Positions 35,652 through 49,098 of a DNA stretch of 64,000 nucleotides are shown piece by piece. The DNA comes from Macrostomum lignano (lineage: Eukaryota). The notes beneath the pieces are model-generated. The model ran no database searches. It was not told the origin of the DNA and saw nothing but the letters and a program-made list of their open reading frames with translations. The translations under genes were made by a program, and so were the position numbers. Positions within the stretch are counted from its first letter, which is position 1. Each line of letters starts with the position of its first letter. The stretch spans positions 124,001-188,000 of the forward strand of contig NIVC01000660.1 in the NCBI GenBank assembly GCA_002269645.1, given 5' to 3'.

Positions 35652-37018
35652 CTAATCAAAGTGGAACACCACTCTGTTGCTGTCTCCAAAAGCCTCTATG
35701 CGCATTTTCTTCGTAGGAGCCCGCACCTCCAGAGGAGGCAAGGGCACTTGCACCTGCGCCGCAGTCACCCGAGACTCACTCACCGGTTGGCCGGTTGAGG
35801 AACCACTCAACAGTGCACTCGTGCGTTTCTCCATGGTCACCGAGGTACCGATGTACTTCTCCACTGCACTGGAGCTGTGGCCAGTCGCACGGCAGATATC
35901 CGCCCGTTCCATACCAGCCTCGCCGAGGCGGGTTGCGCAACTCTTACGGAGACTCTGATTCGAGTAGCGTCCAGTGTCAGAGGGAGCAACCACGGCCACG
36001 GCGTCCTTGACGACGGTTGCCAATGAATGACGTCCAATCGGTGCCCTTGTCAACCAGGCAGATCCAGGCTGGCCATTCCAGTTTCGATTCCATCCCAGAA
36101 ACAGCGCCTCGTTGCACTCATTAGGACGCACAGAGACGTACTGCTTGTAGACGCATACAATGCATTTTTGGTGATTCTCAGTGTGGAAAGCACGAACGAC
36201 TTTGGGGGCCCTTCGTAGTCCTTGTAAGCCGCCCTGATGAGTTTTGGTCACGGCATTGTCCACATACTTCAGACACTTTTCATCGTCAGCTGTCTCAAGC
36301 TTGATTTGGCGATCGAACAGCAGATCTCGTAACTCCTGGTCACCACGCAATGCAAAGTGTTTGCCAACGAGCCAAACAAGCGTGATCACCAGCATCTTGG
36401 GTTCCTTCACTCCAAGCACACCTTCGATCCAAAGCTTCTCTTCAATAGACTCGGGGATCACATCTGCCTTCCGCAATCCTGCACCCTTTCCAGCCTTGGT
36501 CGAGATTTTCATGGCGGCATCTAGAGCACGTTTACTGTTGGCGAACTCTTTGTCAAGCCAGAAGCTCCAATTCTCCTTGAACGTGTTTTGCCACTGATAC
36601 TGTAGCATTGAATACAGATCCTTCAGCGTCGGCGCAGAGTAGCGCTCACCATCTTTGTTCCGGGCCTCCATAACAAAAAATTTCAGCAGGTAATTCAGGT
36701 CACATTTGCTAGCATCCTCCAGCTCAGCGAGAACCATAAGTGACGGGCCTTCACCCATCGCCCAGGCACGCTTCTTCTCGTCATGCCACTCGCGGAAGAC
36801 GGAAAAAAGGCCCACTGCGCCTTTTTCTTGGTGGTCTTGGGCACGGTCTCTTCAATGTGTCTGGCAATTTCATTCTCCGAAAGTTGCTCAAACCGGCCAG
36901 TGAGAGCGGCTTCAATAGGTCCAGCGTTATCCCCGGGATTCAGGATGAAATCCAGTAGGTCCGGCGAAATCTCCATATGCGGGGCTTCAACAACGACAGC
37001 AGCAGAGATTTCACCCAT
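35652..37018 (-). mobile_element. Crypton-type tyrosine recombinase (DUF3504/KCTD1-ZMYM-like), ~455 aa when the 36803-36808 frameshift is corrected
   Basis: N-terminus RFEQLSENEI...VPKTTKKKAQWA is in one frame and SVFREW...LLKFFVMEARNKDGERYS...FALRGDQEL...TKTHQGG...NQSLRKSCAT...ATGHSS.AVEKYI is in the next. R, K, (H to Q)xxR, GH and Y positions are recognisable. Intronless. Confidence 0.85.
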
Positions 37019-38195
37019 ATTCGGTATCAAGCTACACACAACTGAAGCTTTTCTGATCTTACACAGAATATTCGGATTTATAGAGCTTTATAGCCAATAG
37101 TCTATGGCCGAGGCTTAGTCTCATTTCCTCCCGCTGGCTGCGGCAATTAAATATTATAATCCCCACTTGATTTCGTTTCTTTGGCCTAGGAACAAACCCG
37201 AAATATCATAACTCCGAAAGTTCTAGCAATGTCCAACATTATTTTGGTTTTTGGACTACGTACTTATGTACTATGGACTTATGTACTACGTACGTACCTA
37301 AACTTTATAATAAATTGAATTCCAAAATATGCAACCGCGGTTTTTTAGCTATATCTCTTGGGCTCTTCGTCAGGCCAAACTTTCGCGTATAATGAAATGA
37401 ATACTAATGGGTTTCAACTATGATTTATGTCAGTCTGATAAAATCGGTGAGCTGATGTACACACATGTACATGTACATAACCGCATTTATCTTGCTCTAC
37501 GTCCAATCGCAGACGTACATTCAACGCGCTTATTATGTTTTTGCAGGAACATCGTCTCCTCCAATCAGAAAATTCGACGCTTGTCGCGCTTGGTCACTGG
37601 AAGACTATATTCAACTTCTAAGTAGGATTTACATTTAAGTCCTAAGTGTCGCGCGAATGGAACTTACATTTACTGTACTGTACATGTAAAATGCATGCAC
37701 AAATATAATACAACATTCTAATGTTACTCGTACTGTACTCTTGATCAAAGCTAAAAGTAAAGCGAATAATTAAGCCAGATAAAAGTGTTGCATAAAAATC
37801 CTACAAGTCGATCGTCATGGTCATAGTGAACCCGACCAAATACAGACAAATTTTCCGCTAATGTTTTTACGACAACGAAGGACTTAATTTGATTGCGTGA
37901 AATAGTTTTAACAAAATCGTTTTGTAAAGAATTTCGTTTAGCAGTTAAATCATAGTTTATTTTAAGACTAACAGCACTTTTGCTTTAAAAGCTACACAAA
38001 TTTGTCATTAATTTTTTGCTTATGTACAATTAAATAACTTTTTGAGTTACATACTTTACAGTTAAATTAATTACCGTATCACTTAATTCATTACCACTAC
38101 TACCGCCGCTATATTTTCGCAGAATCCTTCTCAATCTCCCACCCGCCAACCGCCAGTGACAAACGGTTATAGTTTTGTGTATATTGAAAATAAAA

Positions 38196-41100
38196 ATGGC
38201 TAGATCGCTAGCTTCAGCATTGGTTATATTATATATGTCGAATTGCGTTGCAGCTTTTTACTTGCCAGGATTAGCACCTGTGAACTATTGTCAGAAGGAC
38301 GAACCCAACTGCAAGGTATGCATATTTTTCTTGTTTTATTATTAACTTCATTTGTGTTTTGGCGATATTTCTGTCTTACAGAAATAGCGAATAAATTGAG
38401 CATAGAATTTGGAATTCATTTTATTGTGGTTTTTAAAAAAACTAGTATTTTTTATCATATTAACCTGGTCTTTTTATATTTGTTTAAACAAAAGGACCTC
38501 TGCTTGTATGCCTTGTAACATAATATTTAGAAAAGACAAATTTTTACTACTTTATCAGTCTAGATCATGTGTGGTATATGCCAGAAAATTCATCTGTATG
38601 CCTACTATATGTGCTGCATGTGTAGTGCATGCAAAAGATGCAGCCCATAGCATAGTCCAGAAGAGGGGTAATACGCAGGATTAATCCAGTGTATACTCAT
38701 AACTTTTGGTGTACACTTGGCATACAATTATTTTATTTTTTTTTAAATCTGGCATACTATCTGGCATATAAAAATGGATAGTGAAAAAGTGGCAAATATG
38801 TTCCTATACATACATGCCTAACACTTGTCTAAACTGGACGGGTGAAATGGCCACTGGCCAGGGTAAGTCACAAAATCAAAATTGAAAATTGAATGTAAAA
38901 AAAACTAAAAATTAGGAGAAAAAAGAAAAGAGAAGAAGAGAAAAGGAAAAGAAAGGAGAGAGAAGAGAGAGAGGGGGGGAAAGAGGAGAAAGAGAAAAAA
39001 AGAGAAAAAGGCAAAAAAAAGTCATATACAAAGTAAAAAATTAAAATCACAATCAGGAGGAACTAAGTCGCAATTGGGAGAAACTAAGTCACAAATCTGG
39101 ACAAAACTAAGTTGCACTAGATCAGTAAAATTTTGAAGTTGTTCATATATGTTTCTATAGTTGCAGAATCAAATTGTGAAATAAAAGTAAATTTAGATAG
39201 AAATTAATTATTTTGAAAGAATGAAAGAAGAAATCTTGGCATATATTGACTTCCCACTGTAAAGAGTATCAGCGAAAAAGCAAAAAAGTGGAACAAAGGA
39301 GCAAAAAAGGTCCTTTGGTGCTTTGCAACACTAGAAACAAAGCTTGTAACAAGCCTTATTTTCTTCCAGGATTACAATTTTTTCTGCATTGGAAAAATTT
39401 GGCATACACTCGCGTACTAAAAAAATTGTGAGAGATTTTAGTCTGGCATACATTCAGGGTATTCCGAACTATCGGATGCAAATAATGCCTCAGTAGTCAT
39501 AGTTTTGCTCAAGACTTTTGCATGCTACTATATTTAGTACAGCCCATAGCCAAGAAGGTAGCCATTTCGATAGAAAATGTTGGCATATACAAAGGTTCCC
39601 TAATGCATTATGGATACAATAATTAAGTTATAATATACATTAAGGTCCTTGATGCATGCAGTGTATACTTTTTGGCAAATTTGTTATTTAATGTAATTTT
39701 TAACTTGAGTTTTCAACTGTTAAATTTCTACATGTTTTATATACTCATAGTTTTTATTAGTTAAGATATAGAAATACCACATAGAAATAGCATGCAAATG
39801 GTATAGACAGGTAAGACAACATATAGATCCTCTCCAAAAAATTATTCTAGCACTTAACCCTTTTGATTATATATGGAGTATGACAGAATTATAGATTTAA
39901 TACAATAATTGAATTTTAAAAAATGTAGGCCTAATCATTATTTTTAGAATGTATTTTTGCTTCATTTTATTTAGTGACTTGATCAATTAAAGTTTATTTT
40001 TCCTATATACCTAAACTTATAGTTGTGATTTATTTACATATATAGACAGCAAATTATTATAGATAGCAAATTTCATAATAAATACTATACCATGCATGAT
40101 TCCATTCTACCATGGTACTTTCTATCCCTTTTGCCTTTTGCATACCAGTGCATACCAGGTTTTCAAATTCAAATGAATGCAAATTAGTAAATTTCAAGAT
40201 TCTAGAGATTCTAGAATAGATTCCAAATGTAGAATATGTTTGCTTTCATTCTAAAAACCAACCAATTAACCTCATATATATCATATTATAAATTATATTA
40301 TATATCAAGTTGTTACTCAAATAAATCATTAGAAATTATGCAATAAATTGTTTTTTCTACAGGTGATTTTGTATCTGTTTTCCTTAGGAACTTTTTAGCT
40401 ACATGAGAGAAGTAATTATATTGAATAATGTTTATATATATATTTACAATTTTATAGGTTGAAGCAATATAAAAAACTAGAACATTATCTTATGACATTT
40501 ACAAGTTTATTTACAAGTAGAATAAAGACTGATTCAAAGACACTAATACCAACATTTCCCTACTTAAAATTTGTCACAGTCTGAAATACCCTTGTTTGTG
40601 AATCGGTTGGACTCAACGCAATCTGTGCTACCGTATGAATATGACAAGTAAGTGCTTGTTCAGAATTCTCTGTCATCAATAGACCTTGCTTGTTGTTGAA
40701 ATTTTGCATTGAAAAATACCTAAACCAAAACTCCTCAGATTCGACTTCTGCCAAGTATCCAGCGGCTCCAGCCCAGTTGAAAACCTTGGCCAAGTTGTAT
40801 TTGGCGAACGGATCCGCCCGAGTCCCTACAGCCTGCACTTTATGCAGGACATTGCCTGCAAAAAAATCTGCACTAAAACTTATACAAAAAATGACCCGGA
40901 AAAGTCTAAACAGTTTAAATTTCTTAAGCAGGGAGTTAAACTGAACTATCAGCACCATTGGATTGTTGACAATTTGCCTGTGACTTGGTGCTTCACCACC
41001 ACTACTAATCAGCAGTACTGTGCGCCAGGCTTTCCCATCGGTTGCTATTGCCAGAAAAGGGACAGAGAACCGATCCTTGCTCGTCTAACAGCAGGTAGTC

Positions 41101-44100
41101 TCGGAGTATAATTTAATTATCTAAGTTTGAGCTGTAGCCTGTACGCTATTTAAAGCTAAGTTTTTAAGCTACCCAGATCCTCAGTTGCTGGGCCAGCCTC
41201 CCAGATCCTCAGTTGCTGGCCAGCCTCCCAGATCCTCAGTTGCTGGGCCAGACTCCCAGATCCTCAGTTGCTGGGCCAGCCTTCCAGATCCTCAGTTGCT
41301 GAACCAGCCTCCCAGATCCTCAGTTGCTGGGCCAGCCTTCCAGATCCTCAGTTGCTGAACCAGCCTCCCAGATCCTCAGTTGCTGGGCCAACCTCCCAGA
41401 TCCTCAGTTGCTGGGCCAGCCTCCCAGAGTGTTAGTTGCTGGGCCAGCCTCACAGATCTTCAATTGCTGGGCCAGCCTCCCAGATCCTCAGTTGCTAGGC
41501 CAGCCTCCCAGAGTGTCAGTTGCTGGGCCAGCCTCCTAGATCCTCAGTTGCTAGGCCAGCCTCCCAGAGTGTCAGTTGCTGGGCCAGCCTCCCAGATCCT
41601 CAGTTGCTAGGCCAGCCTCCCAGAGTGTCAGTTGCTAGGCCAGCCTCCCAGAGTGTCAGTTGCTGGGCCAGCCTCCCAGATCCTCAGTTGCTAGGGCATC
41701 ATTCGGGTTACCAATCTCGCTCATTCATTCATAATTTACTCAACACCGCAGGTATTCAACGCGAAATTCGTTCTACCTGTTCAACCACGTCCATCTGCAA
41801 GTGACTTACCACGGCAGCCAGTCTGAGAAGTGGGGCTCAACGCTATCCGGCGAGGGCGGTCGCATAATTTCCGTGAAGGCGTCTCTTCGCAGTCTGAACC
41901 AGATCAATAATGACGCTCCTACGTGCGATGAAGCTAACCTACCGCCTTTGATGTTGCCCATCGATGACTCGAACGAAGATCTCAACAGTATAAGCATAGT
42001 TTACACCTATTCGGTTAAATTTGTACGAGACGATTCGATTAAATGGAGCTCGCGCTGGGATTACATTTTGGACACGATGCCGCACTCGAATGTCCAATGG
42101 TTCAGCATTCTTAATAGCCTAGTAATTGTAGTATTCCTTAGCGGAATGGTTGCTATGGTTTTGTTGCGCAATTTGCACAGGGACATTTCCCGCTACAATA
42201 GTCAGAGCGATCAGGTTAGTAGAAAGAATTTTTTTTTCTTATATGTTTTAGAACGCCAAACAGATAAAAAGTAAAATAAAAATAAAAATAAACTATCTTG
42301 GCTGTCGGGGGTAAAATGTAGAAGAGTGTATATTCATGCATCATGCTCTCAGTCAATAGAAATCAAGTCTAAAGGCTACAGGGGGGGGGCAAGAAAACTC
42401 TAGAAGAATGTACATTTAGGCTGTTAACCAATAAAAATCAAATTGTTGGGCTAGTAAATAGGGATAGGGAAACTAAAAAAGTGTACATTCATACCCTCAA
42501 CTATACAAATCAAAGTGTCTAGGCTACAAAGAAACTCTAGAATAATGTACATTAATGCTCTCAGCCAATAGAAATCAAGTGTCAAGGCTACAGGGGGGGT
42601 AAGAAAACTCTAGAAGAATGTTTATTTATGCTCTCAGCCAATATATTTCAAGTGTCAAGGCTACAGGGGGGTAAGAAAACTCTAGAAGAATGTTCATTTA
42701 TGCTCTCAGCCCATAGAAATCAAGTGTCAAGGCTACAGGGGGGTAAGAAAACTCTAGAAGAATGTTCATTTATGCTCTCAGCCAATAAAAATCAAGTGTC
42801 AAGGCTACAGGGGGGTAAGAAAACTCTAGAAGAATGTTCATTTATGCTCTCAGCCAATAGAAATCAAGTGTCAAGGCTACAGGGGGGGGGTAAGAAAACT
42901 CTAGAAGAATGTTCATTTATGCTCTCAGCCAATAGAAATCAAGTGTCAAGGCTACAGGGGGGGGTAAGAAAACTCTAGAAGAATGTTCATTTATGCTCTC
43001 AGCCCATAGAAATCAAGTGTCAAGGCTACAGGGGGGTAAGAAAACTCTAGAAGAATGTTCATTTATGCTCTCAGCCAATAAAAATCAAGTGTCAAGGCTA
43101 CAGGGGGGTAAGAAAACTCTAGAAGAATGTTCATTTATGCTCTCAGCCAATAGAAATCAAGTGTCAAGGCTACAGGGGGGGGTAAGAAAACTCTAGAAGA
43201 ATGTTCATTTATGCTCTCAGCCCATAGAAATCAAGTGTCAAGGCTACAGGGGGGTAAGAAAACTCTAGAAGAATGTTCATTTATGCTCTCAGCCAATAAA
43301 AATCAAGTGTCAAGGCTACAGGGGGGTAAGAAAACTCTAGAAGAATGTTCATTTATGCTCTCAGCCAATATAAATCAAGTGTCAAGGCTACAGGGGGGGG
43401 GTAAGAAAACTCTAGAAGAATGTTCATTTATGCTCTCAGCCAATAGAAATCAAGTGTCAAGGCTACAGGGGGGGGTAAGAAAACTCTAGAAGAATGTGTA
43501 CATTCATGCTCTCAGCCAATAAGAATGTTTTGAGACCCCAAAGTTTCTTATCCTCAAAAAAGGAGGACGCCCAAGAGGAGTTCGGTTGGAAGCTGGTCCA
43601 CGGCGACGTGTTTCGACCCCCTAGAAACGGCATGCTACTATGCATATTCATTGGCAATGGCGTACAGATGCTGTGCATGACTCTAATCACTCTGACATTT
43701 GCCTGTCTCGGCTTTCTAAGCCCAGCTAATCGAGGCGCCCTAATGACTTGCGCCCTGGTGCTGTACGTCCTGCTTGGCGCACCGGCTGGTTTCGCTTCGG
43801 CTCGACTCTACAAACTTTTCGGGGGTATTCATTGGAAACTGCACGTTTTGCTAACCGCCCTGCTGTGCCCCGGCCTGGTCTTTACAATCTTTTTGGTGCT
43901 CAATCTGGTACTTTGGGAGCAGGGCAGCTCAGCTGCGGTGCCATTCACTACGATTGTTGCTATGCTGGCTCTGTGGTTTGGCGTGTCCGTGCCGCTCTGC
44001 TTTCTCGGAGCTTATTTCGGTTTTAAACAGCCACCAATCAGTGTACCAGTGCGCACCAATCAAATTCCGAGGCAGGTGCCGGAACAGTCGTTCTATACTA

Positions 44101-46147
44101 GACCTCTGCCTGGAATTTTAATGGGCGGCATACTGCCGTTTGGCTGCATCTTTATCCAGCTATTCTTTATACTCAATTCCATATGGGGGCCCGATGTAAG
44201 TTTTAATATTTTTATTATGTTTTTTAGGCCTGGCTGATGCTAATTCTGTAAACTATTTACTGAGTAAAGAAAATCTAGTCCGGAGAAATCTCCAATAAGT
44301 CAGGAGAAATCTCCAATTAGTCAGGAGAAATCTCCAATAAGTCAGGAGAAATCTTCAATTAGTCAGGAGAAATCTCCAATTAGTCAGGAGAAATCTTCAA
44401 TTAGTCAGGGGAAATCTTCAATTAGTCAGGAGAAATCTTCAATTAGCCGCACTAGGCCTGGCCGGAAACCATCAGCATCATGAGCATGATCCCAACAATG
44501 CCATCCAAACACAGGTGTACTACATGTTCGGCTTCCTGTTCTTGGTGTTCATCATCCTGTTAGTGACCTGCTCGGAGGCCACAATCCTGCTGTGCTATTT
44601 CCACCTGTGCACAGAGGACTATAACTGGTGGTGGAGGGCTTTCCTCACCTCCGGCTGCACCGCTATGTACCTGCTCATCTATTCGGTGCATTATTTCTTT
44701 GCCAAAATGGAGATTGTTGGCGGCGCCTCGATATTTCTGTACTTTGGCTACACTCTCATCATTGTGCTGCTGTTCTTTCTACTTACCGGTGAGTTAGTGT
44801 GTAGCACTGAGTTTGTTTAAAGCGTCAGAATAACTGTGCCATTTTTTCGTTTGGTATCTGTTTCAAACGTTTGAGTTGAAGCCTTTTGGCCGTCTGATCT
44901 TGAGGCGTCCGACTCTCTGCATTAATTTTGACAGTCGTGCACGGCGATTATTGGCATGGGGTGGGGCTTGTCGCGCGTGATTTCGACCGGGAATTAAGCA
45001 AGTGGCTTATAGCAAATATTGTTGTTGAGTTCTCCCGGAGTACGCGCCGTGTGGCAGAGGTGCATAATATAAACGGCATTTAAAGCGAATCAACATATTA
45101 GGCCGTATGCAGAAAGCTCTGTCTAGGGTAGTCCGGTCTTGAAAAGCTAGTCTGGACTTGGATTTGGTATGCAGAAACACAAAGTCAGACCGGTCTACTA
45201 TAGACAGAACTAAGGTAGCTAGACCATAAACTATAGACTGAACTACCCAAGTCCGGACTAGCTAGTCTGGACTAAGCTTTCTGCATACGGCCTATTGTTG
45301 TTTCTGACTGTCGTTGAGAGGGGCTCGCATTTGATTGAGTTGGATGCATGCTCACTAACTATTCTTTGCTGAAGTTTTTTCCTCACGTTTATTTGCACTT
45401 TTTCCTAATCCTACCACGAGAAAAACAAAGTTTTATGGTGACACAATGTCGCATAATTCCTTTGTGGTAATAATCCAGTGCAAATTTTGCTGCAAAATGG
45501 CAATAAGGAGATTATAAAACTGTTTTTTTCTCAGCACTTAATTCCCAAATATCTCACCTTGGGGTTAGCCTACATGTGTAGGCTATTGGTTATTTTAATT
45601 TTATTTTTAGTGGAATTTTATTACATGCTAGGGATTTGGTAGTTCGCTGCCGTCAGGTTCCTGCCGTTCTTTAATCCCATCACGTGAATTGAAGCCTAGA
45701 CGATCCCGACGAACAAGGGCCCCCAACTGCTTTTTACTTGCAGGAAATCCCACAATACCTTACCTAAACTGTCTACTGACATTTCTGGGACTGACACTAC
45801 TAATAGTAGCGTAAAAGCAAATCTTCGTTTACCCCTTAAACTGTGCCTTTACTACAGAAGCATATATTTCTTCTAAGGTAGATTTACAAGTTTCTTAAAT
45901 GAAAAATTGAAAAAGATATTATTAAAGAGTGCATTGCAACGCTTAAACCAGCAGATTTGTGTTTTCTAAATGGATTTCGCGAAGATTTCCTATTGCGCTT
46001 ATGTTGCTCATTGAGATGTTGAAGCACATGACTTACACTTACATGCACTTAACGCGCACTTAATCCTCTCAAATTGCAGGATCCATTGGCTTCTTCGCCG
46101 CTTTCTGGTTCGTTAGGAAGATCTATAGTGCCGTGAAAGTCGACTAA
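38196..46147 (+). CDS. TM9SF2: Transmembrane 9 superfamily member 2-like (nonaspanin/EMP70)
   Basis: Exons 38196-38315 ([13 protein letters not shown]), 40580-40647, 40739-41094, 41752-42214 (FNHV...WSSRWDYIL...QWFSILNS), 43563-44195 ([20 protein letters not shown]), 44515-44788 and 46080-46147 (...KIYSAVKVD stop). All boundaries are GT-AG. One 1-nt deletion near 41047 must be assumed. Confidence 0.93.
41170..41693. repeat. Intronic 28-bp minisatellite (cctcccagatcctcagttgctgggccag)
   Basis: Tandem array in TM9SF2 intron 3. Confidence 0.95.
42500..43525. repeat. Intronic ~72-bp minisatellite with variable G-run
   Basis: Tandem array in TM9SF2 intron 4. Confidence 0.95.
44281..44446. repeat. 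Intronic 21-bp minisatellite (aggagaaatctccaattagtc)
   Basis: Tandem array in TM9SF2 intron 5. Confidence 0.93.
45101..45292. mobile_element. MITE (192 bp), TA-flanked
   Basis: TIR GGCCGTATGCAGAAAGCT / AGCTTTCTGCATACGGCC with TA on both sides, in TM9SF2 intron 6. Confidence 0.85.
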
Positions 46148-47109
46148 GCTCTGACTTTGATGTTCATTTTTTCTAACAAAAAATAATAGGACGCCTAGTG
46201 ATAGCGATATGGAAATGCTGCTGAGATTCTTGTGTTAGTAAGTGATACGTCATGTTTTTTTTAAACTGACTATGCCGAAATGAAGTGCTGTGGATTGCTT
46301 TTTTCTTATATTTGTATCTAATCGCCGTGTGTTAAAGTTCGTTATAAAGTTTTAATAGATATTCATATGTTGCACATTAGATCCAAAGTTCTAGTAGGAC
46401 TTTTTGTTTTTTTCCCTTATTTTTATTCTTCTTTGTCTCCTACTAATCTCAGTAAAACGACATACATATAGAGAAATTTTTATCAGATTTCTTCGTTTTT
46501 TAATGAACAAAACCGGATCGAAATAATTTTTGAGTATATGAATTTTTGTTTTGCATTGCACACTACCCCAGTTTTTTTATACTTCGCTAACAGCTCCTGT
46601 ATGTCAAATCTGTGTTTATTTTGCGTTTTGTGCACTATTTAATTTCTTTATCGCCAGTCTGAACACGTCAATATCACTACTATCAAAGGTATCACTTGTT
46701 TTCTGTGCCAAAAAAAGCAACAAAGGAAGCAGAAATGCGAACAATAGCTATGTTGATCAATCTTTTTGTGTCGAATGCGGTGCGTTCCGAATTGGATCTA
46801 AATGGCTTTTTCTGTTTAGTGTGGCTATGTTATACTTTAGCTACTCATTTTAATGGTTGGATAGGCTAACAGAAAGCTCTCGTTTCTGTTTCTGCATCGA
46901 CTAACACAAAGGTTTAACAATATAAGGATTTAGAAATTTTAAGCACCAAGCTCTACTTAAAGCTCTCTTTAAAAAGCAATCACTATGCGTTTTTTATTTG
47001 TTTGACTTATTGATTAAATTGCTTTCGCTTTAACACGTCAGTACATACTTGACCCCATGCTTGAAATGCTTGACTTCAGCTATAACCCCCAGCTCAGTAG
47101 CTATGTGCA

Positions 47110-48183
47110 GTCCAGTTTGTTGCAGTCCTGCAAGGCACTCCAATGGGCAATAGCTGTTTTGTTGCAGTCCAACAAGGCACTCTAATAGGCAATAGTTGTG
47201 TTTAGTTTGTTGCAATCCAACAAGACACTCTAATAGGCAATAGTTGTGGTTAGTTTGTTGCAGTCCAACAAGGCACTCTAATAGGCAATAGTTGTGGTTA
47301 GTTTGTTGCAATCCAACAAGGTACTCTAATAGGCAATAGTTGTGGTTAGTTTGTTGCAGTCCAACAAGACACTCTAATAGGCAATAGTTGTGGTTAGTTT
47401 GTTGCAGTCCAACAAGGCACTCTAATAGGCAATAGTTGTGGTTAGTTTGTTGCAATCCAACAAGACACTCTAATAGGCAATAGTTGTGGTTAGTTTGTTG
47501 CAGTCCAACAAGGCACTCTAATAGGCAATAGTTGTGGTTCGTTTGTTGCAGTCCAACAAGGCACTCTAATAGGCAATAGTTGTGGTTAGTTTGTTGCAGT
47601 CCAACAAGGCACTCTAATAGGCAATAGTTGTGGTTCGTTTGTTGCAGTCCAACAAGGCACTCTAATAGGCAATAGTTGTGGTTAGTTTGTTGCAGTCCAA
47701 CAAGGCACTCTAATAGGCAATAGTTGTGGTTAGTTTGTTGCAATCCAACAAGACACTCTAATAGGCAATAGTTGTGGTTCGTTTGTTGCAGTCCAACAAG
47801 GCACTCCAATGGGCAATAGTTGTGGTTCGTTTGTTGCAGTCCAACAAGGCACTCCAATGGGCAATAGTTGTGGTTCGTTTGTTGCAGTCCAACAAGGCAC
47901 TCCAATGGGCAATAGTTGTGGTTCGTTTGTTGCAGTCCAACAAGGCACTCCAATGCGCAATAGTTGTGGTTCGTTTGTTGCAGTCCAACAAGGCACTCCA
48001 ATGGGCAATAGTTGTGGTTCGTTTGTTGCAGTCCAACAAGGCACTCCAATGGGCAATAGTTGTGGTTCGTTTGTTGCAGTCCAACAAGGCACTCCAATGC
48101 GCAATAGTTGTGGTTCGTTTGTTGCAGTCTAACAAGGCACTCCAATGGGCAATAGTTGTGGTTCGTTTGTTGCAGTCTAACAA
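47110..48183. repeat. 48-bp minisatellite
   Basis: Tandem array downstream of the Fox gene. The 16-aa periodic ORFs in several frames are repeat translations. Confidence 0.96.
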
Positions 48184-48390
48184 AGCACTTGGTGTGATTT
48201 ATTCTCCTGATATTAACCCCAAGTGTGGTTTGGTCAGCCTAACAAGATACTCCATTCATTATGCAGAATTTCCCGGCTATTCATAATTACGTAAAAGCAA
48301 GAAGCAGGCAAATTTCATAATGATTTTAAAACACGTTCTGGTTCTGCTAAAATTAGTTCCTTCTGAAACAATATTGAATTCGAACTCCTA

Positions 48391-49098
48391 TCAAATGGAG
48401 AACCCGAGTTGTTGAATCCAGACAAAATTAGTCGGTGGCCAATAGAAAAACTTTTCGCTCTCATCTGGCCATTGTTGCTGTTGAATGCGACGCAGATGTT
48501 GCAGGACTTGTAACCGATAGTGCAATTGCAGCAGCTCTTTTTCATGTCGAATATCGTCTTTTACTGCTAACGTCAATTGCTGCTGCTTGCAGATTTCTGT
48601 TCGGCGATGACGCTGCAGTTTGCCAGAGTCGGCGCTGATAAACACGCTGTCTCGACAGGCCGGATCCAGCGTCCAGTAGCTGCCTCTACCGGCGCCGCCG
48701 ACCCCTTTAGGCAACCGGACGAAGCACTTATTAAGCGACAGATTGTGCCGAATTGAATTCTGCCAGCCTCGTTTGAATTTTTCGCTGCAGATTCTATAAT
48801 AGGCAAAATTTGTTTGGATGTAGTTGTAGATGCTTGACAAGGTGAGCCGTTGGTCCTTGCTGCTACTGATGGCCAGCATAATCAGCGCATTATAGCTATA
48901 TGGCGGTCGTTTGCTCCCGTTTTCTGCTGCAGGAGACAAGATTGCTTTCGTGCTTCTTTGATCTTCTTTCTCGTGCACGCCAAGTACGCTGCGAATGGAG
49001 AAGCTTCCTGCAAATTGCTCCGAAGTCGATTCTTTCTGTTTTCGGCGCTCCATACTGTGTAATTTTTTGGTCTGAGAAAGTAAGCTGAATTTGTGCAT
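48391..49098 (-). CDS. foxG: Forkhead transcription factor, FoxG-like, intronless (235 aa from first ATG)
   Basis: Forkhead domain [14 protein letters not shown]...[17 protein letters not shown]...GSYWTLDP. It also has the FoxG-type post-domain DSVFI...GKLQR and an N-terminal eh1-like FSIRSVL. The subclass call is from motif recall. Confidence 0.88.
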   Translation of the reverse strand: MHKFSLLSQTKKLHSMERRKQKESTSEQFAGSFSIRSVLGVHEKEDQRSTKAILSPAAENGSKRPPYSYNALIMLAISSSKDQRLTLSSIYNYIQTNFAYYRICSEKFKRGWQNSIRHNLSLNKCFVRLPKGVGGAGRGSYWTLDPACRDSVFISADSGKLQRHRRTEICKQQQLTLAVKDDIRHEKELLQLHYRLQVLQHLRRIQQQQWPDESEKFFYWPPTNFVWIQQLGFSI

